This document shows, piece after piece, positions 1 through 6,436 of a stretch of 64,000 bases of DNA. The notes beneath the pieces were generated by a model. That model had not been told where the DNA came from. It did not search any database and worked only from the letters and a program-made list of their open reading frames with translations. The position numbers were made by a program, and so were the translations under genes. This stretch comes from a virus (taxonomy: Duplodnaviria > Caudoviricetes). The first letter of the stretch is position 1; each line of letters begins with the position of its first letter. Location of the stretch: IMG/VR virus record IMGVR_UViG_3300026260_000002, positions 2,199 to 66,198 of that record; one strand, written 5' to 3'.

Positions 1-515
1 CGTTTAACTCTATGCATACAGTCTGAAGGAAATATAATGGCATCCCCACAATTCATTTTAAAACTAAACATTTTTCTACCAACATACAGTTCAAACTCTC
101 CTCCTTCATACTCTTCTTTGGGAGAGAGACACATGCTGATACTTAATTTTCTTATGTGATTAGGTGGTTGCTCATAATATGCTGGAGAAATATCAGTGTG
201 CCAATGGTAATGTGATTCATTTGTATTGTATACACATAGGTGAATAAAATCTGCCCAGTTATACAGATCAAAATGAAACAAATTAGTATTAGCACAATTG
301 ACAAAATGAGCGAGCATACCTGAGACCCAATGATCCGAAGGGATTCCTTGGGTCAGGCAGTTCCTAATAGTTTTATCACTTTTTCCTGGATCTTTTCCTG
401 ATTCAGTGACCCTAGCTTCTTCTAAATTTAGTTTAGATAATTGATTAATAACAACGTCACTAACAGAACTATCGAGTGCTGTAGGTAAGTAATAATAATT
501 AAGAACTTTGCTCAT
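1..515 (-). CDS. 2OG-Fe(II) oxygenase, 3' end runs off the window
   Basis: Manually translated from ATG at 515: MSKVLNYYYL...HYHWHTD...RKLSISMCLS..EEYEGGEFEL...GDAIIFPSDCMHRVKR; HxD...H facial triad. Not in ORF track. Confidence 0.85.
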   Translation of the reverse strand, partial: MSKVLNYYYLPTALDSSVSDVVINQLSKLNLEEARVTESGKDPGKSDKTIRNCLTQGIPSDHWVSGMLAHFVNCANTNLFHFDLYNWADFIHLCVYNTNESHYHWHTDISPAYYEQPPNHIRKLSISMCLSPKEEYEGGEFELYVGRKMFSFKMNCGDAIIFPSDCMHRVK

Positions 516-520
516 GGGTA

Positions 521-922
521 TCAATCCTCATCTTTAGAAGTTTTATAATCTCCAAAAGTGATAACATCATCACTAAAACTATTACCAATATTAATATTAC
601 CTAGACTACTAAAATCATATGCATGTAAATTATTATCCATAATGTCTAGATCTTTCCCAACCTTAGTAGTAGTTGGATAAGTTCCTCCACTCATTTCAGG
701 ATCTGTGAGATTGAATGTAATATTATCATTCAAATTATCATAGAACTGATTAGTTTGATCTGAAAACCGAATAGTGTTAGAAACTTTCTTTCTCAAATCA
801 CGAACTGAATTATAGTTTTCAAAGAGTTCGTTCAGGTATGCATCTTCGCCCTCTGCAAGAGCGTTGATCAATGCCTGACGGATAGCTTCTTCTGCTTTTT
901 CCAAATGTGATGTAACGCTCAT
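521..922 (-). CDS. hypothetical protein
   Basis: 133-aa ORF tightly packed between neighbours on the coding strand. Confidence 0.65.
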   Translation of the reverse strand: MSVTSHLEKAEEAIRQALINALAEGEDAYLNELFENYNSVRDLRKKVSNTIRFSDQTNQFYDNLNDNITFNLTDPEMSGGTYPTTTKVGKDLDIMDNNLHAYDFSSLGNINIGNSFSDDVITFGDYKTSKDED

Positions 923-940
923 AGTAACCTCTATGTAAAT

Positions 941-1981
941 TTATAAAATGAAAGTAGTAATTGCTGCGTATCCAATTAGTATAGCACACAATCGAGAAAG
1001 GACAACATAATATTTTTTGATGGGTGTCCCAAAATACTGCTGTCCAATCATAAGACACTTGTGTGCAGGTGAGATCAGGTATCCAGAATACTCAGTGCAG
1101 AGAAACCACACAAGATACTGAGGACCAAAGATCAAAACTAATGCAGATGTCATACCAGCATACTTACCTGATGAACCCATGATATAAGCAGCAACCATAG
1201 CTACCAGAGAAGCAGGAATAAGCATCTCAGGTGTTGCTGCCTTAAGATAGTCCATAACGGGACCTTTAATCAGTCCCACTACACCACCAAGAGCAAGGAC
1301 AATAGTTGCAATAATAGCAAACTTACCGTCCAACCATCTACCCCACTTCCAATCCTTGTATACAATCGAATAATAGATTGCCATTCCAAGGAACCAAGGG
1401 AAGAAGAAGATTGCTCCTGCTTTACCTGTATTTAATAGAAGAATAACAGTAGCAATCAGTGGTGCCCAACCAGTTAACGCACGACGCCAGTTAAAGTCTC
1501 GTACATATTCTAGGTTAGGAACAATAGACCTAGCAGGAACCTTAGTGAAGATATACCACCAAGTGTATCCCAAAGTGATAGCAAGAGGGACAATAGTATA
1601 TCCTAGGAATGTTCCATAAGATACACCCATTACTGCCATAGGCAGAACAACTGTCTTCTCTAGTGGAGACCACCAATAGTAATGGTGGACTGATAGGTAA
1701 TCAATCACACCAAAAGCAGAACGCCTCTCCTTATCAGGTGGTGCGATAGCATCTAGGAGTGGTGCTGAGAGAGCAACACGTCCAGGGATAGGTAGGATAC
1801 CACCCAACAGTGAGGTAATAATAACAAGGATACGATGATCCTTAACATATTTCTTTGCTAAAGAATAGACATCTTCTAAAGCACTGTGCTCTCGGATGAA
1901 TCCACCCAAGATCATAATACCAAAGATGTACCCCATGTAGAGTTCATTCTTAGCAATAGATTCTAATGTTTTAGCTAGCAT
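941..1981 (-). CDS. multi-pass membrane permease, DUF401 / ion-transporter superfamily-like
   Basis: 346 aa, roughly ten hydrophobic segments; GILPIPGRVALSAPL and ISPAHKCL..GQQYFG motifs resemble DUF401. Confidence 0.6.
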   Translation of the reverse strand: MLAKTLESIAKNELYMGYIFGIMILGGFIREHSALEDVYSLAKKYVKDHRILVIITSLLGGILPIPGRVALSAPLLDAIAPPDKERRSAFGVIDYLSVHHYYWWSPLEKTVVLPMAVMGVSYGTFLGYTIVPLAITLGYTWWYIFTKVPARSIVPNLEYVRDFNWRRALTGWAPLIATVILLLNTGKAGAIFFFPWFLGMAIYYSIVYKDWKWGRWLDGKFAIIATIVLALGGVVGLIKGPVMDYLKAATPEMLIPASLVAMVAAYIMGSSGKYAGMTSALVLIFGPQYLVWFLCTEYSGYLISPAHKCLMIGQQYFGTPIKKYYVVLSRLCAILIGYAAITTFIL

Positions 1982-2186
1982 CGTCGTGATTTGTCATCAT
2001 GTTTTCCCAATCAGAATCAATAACTTTATCTGATAGTTCTTTATATTCATCAGCAGGGACTGCCATAACAGCACGTCCATCTGGTTGCCTGATTAAAAAT
2101 TGTTCCCCTGCTTCGATCCTATCCATGTAGGTATCGAAGTCTTTTTCAAATTCTTCTACCGTAAGTTCAATCATAATTGGCAGCAA
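1971..2186 (-). CDS. Phd/YefM antitoxin-like small protein
   Basis: LTVEEFEKDFDTYMDRIEAGEQFLIRQPDGRAVMAVP matches the Phd N-terminal pattern. Confidence 0.6.
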   Translation of the reverse strand: MLPIMIELTVEEFEKDFDTYMDRIEAGEQFLIRQPDGRAVMAVPADEYKELSDKVIDSDWENMMTNHDDAS

Positions 2187-2413
2187 ATTTTTTCCTCTCG
2201 CATGTGTTTAATAGAATCTCGACAACCACCTAGGTGAATATCATCAAGAGTCACTTGTGGGAACGTTGCCCCTTCTCCAAATTTAGCATAGAATTCTTCT
2301 CTTGTAAAGTCACGATTAAGTTCATATGATACGTGCTTTACTTCTTCCAACTCCATAACCTTTTTGATCTTTACACAGTAAGGACAACCAGATCTTGAAT
2401 AGATTATAATCAT
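2171..2413 (-). CDS. nrdC: glutaredoxin
   Basis: CPYC active site, TFPQV, HLGGC. Confidence 0.9.
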   Translation of the reverse strand: MIIIYSRSGCPYCVKIKKVMELEEVKHVSYELNRDFTREEFYAKFGEGATFPQVTLDDIHLGGCRDSIKHMREEKICCQL

Positions 2414-3057
2414 GCTTTTAAATTTTTAAAATCGTCTTCAAAAATTGCCAGACCTGCGTCCGTCAAGACATGATTATACATGTTATCAAATACTTTAGTA
2501 GGTAGCGTAGCTACACTCGCTCCATAAGAGAAGCATCTAGAAACGTGATGAACATCACGCAAAGATGCTGCTAGAATTTTAGTTTCAACTCCCTGAACAT
2601 TATACAGTCCAGAGATACCACGTACAAGTTCAACACCACTAAATGAATTGTCATTAAGACGACCCACAAATGGTGAGATATATGTGGCACCTGCTAATGC
2701 TGCCAATGCTGCTTGTGCTACGGAGAAACAAAGAGTTACATTAGTTTGAATTCCTTCATCAGATAGTTCTTTACAAGCAATAAGACCCTCTCTAGTAAGA
2801 GGTAGTTTGATTGTAACTTCTTCACCAATCTGAATATACTGTTGAGCATTCTCAACCATTTCATCAGCAGTATCTCCATTGACTTCTGCAGAGATACTTG
2901 CAAAAGAAAAATCTTTTGACAGAGTAGTAATAAAATCAAGATAAGAAACACCTGACTTACGAACAAGTGTAGGATTGGTAGTAATACCAGCAATTAAACC
3001 AGTTTCATAACGATCTTTAATCTCTTGATAATCAGCAGTGTCTAGAAAAATTTGCAT
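2410..3057 (-). CDS. talC: transaldolase TalC (copy 1)
   Basis: IFLDTAD, GITTNPT, SAEV, TIKLP (Schiff-base Lys), YISPFVGR. Confidence 0.95.
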   Translation of the reverse strand: MQIFLDTADYQEIKDRYETGLIAGITTNPTLVRKSGVSYLDFITTLSKDFSFASISAEVNGDTADEMVENAQQYIQIGEEVTIKLPLTREGLIACKELSDEGIQTNVTLCFSVAQAALAALAGATYISPFVGRLNDNSFSGVELVRGISGLYNVQGVETKILAASLRDVHHVSRCFSYGASVATLPTKVFDNMYNHVLTDAGLAIFEDDFKNLKA

Positions 3058-3058
3058 G

Positions 3059-3277
3059 TTATATGGTACTCAGTTGACTCAAAGGTTCCATTCTCAGGAA
3101 CTGTTCATTCATATTATAATACAATTTATAGTTTGTTGTCAACACGTAGTATCCCTTTATTTCACTACCATCACAATTATAACCGTAGCCCTTGAGAGGT
3201 TCATCAACTCCATCAATTCTGAAGCATTTACTACCATTTTCTAGGTAGTTATGAAATTTCTCGTCTAGGTTGATCAT
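3059..3277 (-). CDS. hypothetical protein
   Basis: 72-aa ORF coupled to upstream gene by ATGA overlap. Confidence 0.6.
   Translation of the reverse strand: MINLDEKFHNYLENGSKCFRIDGVDEPLKGYGYNCDGSEIKGYYVLTTNYKLYYNMNEQFLRMEPLSQLSTI
3113..3142 (-). promoter_or_regulatory. sigma70-type promoter upstream of talC
   Basis: TTGACA-18 nt-TATAAT on minus strand, about 55 nt before the talC start. Confidence 0.6.
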
Positions 3278-3522
3278 CGTTCTTCGTAGGTTAATTTACG
3301 GACTTTTCGTTTGCGTCTGTCCTCTTGGTATTTTAGGTCACTTTCTGTCAGGATACCGTGATTTTTAATAATATCTTTATGTTTTGTTAAAACTACTTGA
3401 TCCAATTCGAGTGCTCCAACGTAATCATCCACAACCCGCATCTGATTGGGACAACCACAGAACTGAACCTTGCTAGTGCTTGCCAGTTCTGTGTTGCATA
3501 GTTTACATCTTGCTGTTAACAT
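3274..3522 (-). CDS. hypothetical Zn-ribbon-like protein
   Basis: CKLC...CGC motif, basic C-terminus. Confidence 0.7.
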   Translation of the reverse strand: MLTARCKLCNTELASTSKVQFCGCPNQMRVVDDYVGALELDQVVLTKHKDIIKNHGILTESDLKYQEDRRKRKVRKLTYEER

Positions 3523-3553
3523 TGTTCTTATGAGCTACTTGGGAATATGGAAA

Positions 3554-3627
3554 CGGGATAGAAGGGACTTGAACCCTCGACCTCCTGCGTGACAGGCAGG
3601 CGTTCTAACCAACTGAACTACTACCCC
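3554..3627 (-). tRNA. tRNA-Asp(GTC)
   Basis: GGGGTAG acceptor, anticodon arm CCTGC-CTGTCAC-GCAGG, T-loop TTCAAGT; no encoded CCA. Confidence 0.95.
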
Positions 3628-3629
3628 AA

Positions 3630-3703
3630 CTCCCCCGACTGGAATCGAACCAGTAACCCCAAAATTAACAGTTTCGTGCTCTGCCTGATTGAGCTACAGG
3701 GGA
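3630..3703 (-). tRNA. tRNA-Asn(GTT)
   Basis: TCCCCTG acceptor, anticodon loop CTGTTAA, T-loop TTCGATT; no encoded CCA. Confidence 0.95.
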
Positions 3704-3985
3704 ATGAAAGGGGCTTCTCACCCCCCTGAACTACTTGGTTAACAAGGCTAGTCTAACCCCGATCTCCCATTCAGGCAGTCGCGAGTTCGCGAGTGCGGGA
3801 GAATGCTACGATATTATTCGCAGCAGGTGTAGATGTTTTTGCATCTGTTGTTTGCTTATCCAAGCAGGTTTCAGTCACAATCGTAACAACCCGTCTAAAC
3901 CGTGGCACCCCCCTGAATGGAGGTGAGGAGAGTCGAACTCCTGTCCGAGCCTATTCGTAAAGTCACCTATTCCTCAAAAGAGGAA
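3704..3985 (-). ncRNA. ssrA: circularly permuted (two-piece) tmRNA
   Basis: Acceptor piece ends ...GGAC-AGGAG-TTCGACT-CTCCT-CACCTCC-A (discriminator 3918). A 5-nt spacer TTCAG follows. Coding piece starts GGGGGTG-CCACGGTTTAGAC at 3912, giving a G3:U70 Ala determinant. Tag frame 3821-3771 reads ANNIVAFSRTRELATA*, followed by a pseudoknot-like GGTTA/TAACC + GACTA/TAGTT. Confidence 0.92.
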
Positions 3986-4057
3986 TGCCACAAGTAGGAT
4001 TCAAACCTACAGTCTACCCATTACAAGTGGGTTGCATTATCGTTATGCTATTGTGGC
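3986..4057 (-). tRNA. tRNA-Thr(TGT), slightly atypical
   Basis: GCCACAA/TTGTGGC acceptor, anticodon arm ACCCA-CTTGTAA-TGGGT; T-loop TTTGAAT. Confidence 0.85.
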
Positions 4058-4059
4058 GA

Positions 4060-4133
4060 CGATCCAGGTTGGATTCGAACCAACGACCGACTGCTTAGAA
4101 GGCAGTTGCTCTATTCCACTGAGCTACTGGATC
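4060..4133 (-). tRNA. tRNA-Arg(TCT)
   Basis: GATCCAG/CTGGATC acceptor, anticodon arm ACTGC-CTTCTAA-GCAGT, T-loop TTCGAAT. Confidence 0.95.
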
Positions 4134-4145
4134 CTAAGCTATTAG

Positions 4146-4748
4146 TTAACTACCTCTTTGCACAACGATTGGGTCACCATCCCACATAGTCTTCCTAACC
4201 TTGTCAACTTTACCCCGTAGGTTAAACACAACGACGGTGCGTGATTTGTCTGACTCATTAGCTAGTGCCTCGTGGTGGACGGTTGCTGGAAAAATAACCA
4301 TGTCCCCTTCCTTAGCAGGTGGAATGAAGGACTCTAACCTACCACTCCAAGGGTTGTTGAAAGGTGAGATGAATTGCGTAGCTTGATGGACTTTTGGATC
4401 GAAGTCCACATAAATTACTGCTGACCATCCACTGTGTCCATGATTGTGGAGACCATGCTTCTGACCTTTAGTATATGTTTGACACCACAGGTCAGTAAAC
4501 TCGATGCGTCTCCGATCAGTAAACTCAGCAAGGTATGGCTCGATAATATCAATTATCGTATCAGCATAGGGTGGCAACTCCCAATTTTCTTCATCTTGAT
4601 GAAAGAAGTCAGTATGCTGCTCACCATTAGATTCTAGATGCTCCCTACCCAGTGTGGGTAGGACAGACATGATCTTCTTCTTATTCTGTTCCCAATTTTC
4701 AATTTCATAGTGTGCAATCGGAATAGAAAATAAAGAATAAATGGTCAT
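4146..4748 (-). CDS. 2OG-Fe(II) oxygenase (TIGR02466-like)
   Basis: HGLHNH..GWSAVIYV...FPATVHHEA..RTVVVFN. Confidence 0.85.
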   Translation of the reverse strand: MTIYSLFSIPIAHYEIENWEQNKKKIMSVLPTLGREHLESNGEQHTDFFHQDEENWELPPYADTIIDIIEPYLAEFTDRRRIEFTDLWCQTYTKGQKHGLHNHGHSGWSAVIYVDFDPKVHQATQFISPFNNPWSGRLESFIPPAKEGDMVIFPATVHHEALANESDKSRTVVVFNLRGKVDKVRKTMWDGDPIVVQRGS

Positions 4749-4954
4749 TTGGTAATCTCAGAGTGTTGTCGTATCTTTTGAGCGAGCGACTCGCTCTCTA
4801 GGTAATCTCCTGTAGCAAGTGCTTCATGTAGTTGATCCACTAGAAATTCGATTGTATAGTTAATCTCATCAATCTCCTCAAGAAATTGATTCTCCATGAT
4901 GGATCCCCTCTCCGGTACTTGTGTAGTATATATGCCAAATGGGTCAGGTGTCAA
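4745..4954 (-). CDS. hypothetical protein
   Basis: ORF in coding-strand run; true start may be internal. Confidence 0.55.
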   Translation of the reverse strand: MTPDPFGIYTTQVPERGSIMENQFLEEIDEINYTIEFLVDQLHEALATGDYLESESLAQKIRQHSEITK

Positions 4955-5282
4955 CCCCGAAGTGTTTGATAAACCATTCGGCGTCCACTACCACTAGAGG
5001 TTGCTTCCTGTTTTTCTTCATAAAAAGAATAGGTTGGTGGTCTCCAGAGTTAGCACATGCCTGATCGTAAGCATCATACACATTTAATTTCTCTACATTC
5101 TTACACTCAATGCTGAAGGGAAACTTCTTCCTAGCATCTCGTGCCATGATAAGATCTTCCCCACCAGCACCCATGCTGCGAGACTCAATGTCTTCTGGGT
5201 GGACATCCCTATGCTCAATAAGCATATCTCTCACCCATTTTTGGAAGTTTCTACCCTTCGCTTTAGCACTCTGTGGTTTCAT
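4944..5282 (-). CDS. PD-(D/E)xK nuclease / resolvase-like protein
   Basis: KAKGRNFQ..., GEDLI...SIECKN motif. Confidence 0.65.
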   Translation of the reverse strand: MKPQSAKAKGRNFQKWVRDMLIEHRDVHPEDIESRSMGAGGEDLIMARDARKKFPFSIECKNVEKLNVYDAYDQACANSGDHQPILFMKKNRKQPLVVVDAEWFIKHFGVDT

Positions 5283-5472
5283 CTACATTCCACTCATCGA
5301 GTGCCTCATGAATAATTTCCTTCAACTCCCGCCGTTCTTCAGGTGTGAATATAGTCTTCTTAACAAATGGCATGGGAGTATAACTGGTTGGTTTATTTGA
5401 TTTACCAGGAAGACTCATGCCCTGTGTATCGATCTTATCCTTCGACATCTTTTGTATCCTTCTTGAATCCAA
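5263..5472 (-). CDS. hypothetical protein
   Basis: 69-aa ORF in coding-strand run. Confidence 0.55.
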   Translation of the reverse strand: MDSRRIQKMSKDKIDTQGMSLPGKSNKPTSYTPMPFVKKTIFTPEERRELKEIIHEALDEWNVDETTEC

Positions 5473-5650
5473 ACGGTGAAGTCTTATCTTCTTCCAGTCT
5501 CAACTTCAGTGCAACAGCACCTAGAGACTCCATAACCTTAAGGATGTCCTCTGTCTTAGCATCACCGCCCAATTCTTTGGCAACATACCAATACTTCTCC
5601 CAAAAAGTATCGCCTGCCTTTTTGTAATCATCTAATGTTAATAGTTTCAT
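5435..5650 (-). CDS. hypothetical protein
   Basis: 71-aa ORF starting just after a terminator. Confidence 0.7.
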   Translation of the reverse strand: MKLLTLDDYKKAGDTFWEKYWYVAKELGGDAKTEDILKVMESLGAVALKLRLEEDKTSPFGFKKDTKDVEG

Positions 5651-5666
5651 AATTAAAAAGAATAAT

Positions 5667-5691
5667 AAAAAAGAGGGGAAGGTCCCCTCTT
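5667..5691 (-). terminator. intrinsic terminator
   Basis: AGAGGGGA-CCT-TCCCCTCT followed by a T tract. Confidence 0.85.
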
Positions 5692-5698
5692 ACTTATG

Positions 5699-5866
5699 CT
5701 ACTTGATGTAGAGTTTTCCACGATAGCAAAAAGTCCCATGAGACTCTTTGGCTTCTGCACAATGTGCATCATACTCCACGCCACGATATGTAGTGTGGTG
5801 AATTTGTGCATTGTGCAAGGCAGATGCCTTTTGGATTCTCGTACGAATGTAGTTGAGTGTGTTCAT
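5699..5866 (-). CDS. DUF4278-like YRG-motif small protein (55 aa)
   Basis: MNTLNYIR...TTYRGVEY...FCYRGKLYIK; AGAGGA SD; not in ORF track. Confidence 0.75.
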   Translation of the reverse strand: MNTLNYIRTRIQKASALHNAQIHHTTYRGVEYDAHCAEAKESHGTFCYRGKLYIK

Positions 5867-5871
5867 GAGTA

Positions 5872-6147
5872 TGTCCTCTGAAGTTAGGGTGGTTTAATCC
5901 CCGTTCCTTCAGTCGTTTGCGTCCCAGTTACATTGTAGGTTTAATACCTCCACTAGATCCTTTTGATAGATCTCTATGATATATTCTTTTTGAGAAGAAG
6001 ATACCGTATTGTTAACTCGTACTTTATCTACCATTTCTGATACATCAGCACAAGTGAAAGCAGCAGCTATTAAAATGTCCATGAGATCAACGCTCCGTTG
6101 CGCGACTTACTTGCGTCCAAAAGGACATGAAGTCCTTTGGATGAACG
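5872..6147 (-). promoter_or_regulatory. glutamine-riboswitch-like element (glnA / Downstream-peptide class) with nested ORF
   Basis: CGTTC-[P2 TCCAAAGGAC/GTCCTTTTGGA]-CGCAAGTA-AGTCG ... CGACT-GAAG-GAACG; downstream CTTCAG complementary to CTGAAG sits beside the SD. Confidence 0.7.
5909..6082 (-). CDS. 57-aa ORF nested in the riboswitch-like RNA
   Basis: MDILIAAAFTCADV...QCNWDAND*; its last codons and stop overlap the aptamer 3' half. Confidence 0.6.
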   Translation of the reverse strand: MDILIAAAFTCADVSEMVDKVRVNNTVSSSQKEYIIEIYQKDLVEVLNLQCNWDAND

Positions 6148-6172
6148 TGTTGTCATGTTACCATGACATCTC

Positions 6173-6179
6173 TATTTAT
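6173..6179 (-). promoter_or_regulatory. T4-type late promoter core
   Basis: ATAAATA upstream of a TGTCATG/CATGACA hairpin and the riboswitch-like RNA. Confidence 0.6.
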
Positions 6180-6188
6180 GCAAGCCCC

Positions 6189-6410
6189 TCACCTGCCACG
6201 TTTCTTTTTGTGACGAGGGTGGGGGTGGTTGCTAATTGGCTTGGTATTCTTTAAGTCCCTCTTGAGTTTCTTCAAGAAGGATAAGTGGTCCCTTATACCA
6301 GGTATCGGGGGTTTCGGAATACCAGTCGATTGTGTCTCGTTTGAATAAAGGAACCTCGGTTGTCTCTTCCAATTTCTTCTCGGCATTGTGATATGTAACT
6401 GGATACCCAA
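6189..6410 (-). CDS. hypothetical basic protein
   Basis: ORF after nrdB (DHLSFLKKLKRDLK); frame uncertain because 6232-6528 overlaps. Confidence 0.4.
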   Translation of the reverse strand: MGIQLHITMPRRNWKRQPRFLYSNETQSTGIPKPPIPGIRDHLSFLKKLKRDLKNTKPISNHPHPRHKKKRGR

Positions 6411-6436
6411 TGGGTATCCGTATCCATTTTGTAATT

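Noticed and set aside
3719-3917. 12-nt repeat as prophage or island att sites
   Set aside because: Only about 190 nt apart, within one RNA gene, and no integrase in the window.
3735-3926. Plus-strand 63-aa ORF
   Set aside because: Antisense to the tmRNA, with no SD or protein features.
3906-3950. tRNA-Ala or tRNA pseudogene call
   Set aside because: No anticodon arm; the halves are in permuted order and followed by a tag frame, which fits tmRNA.
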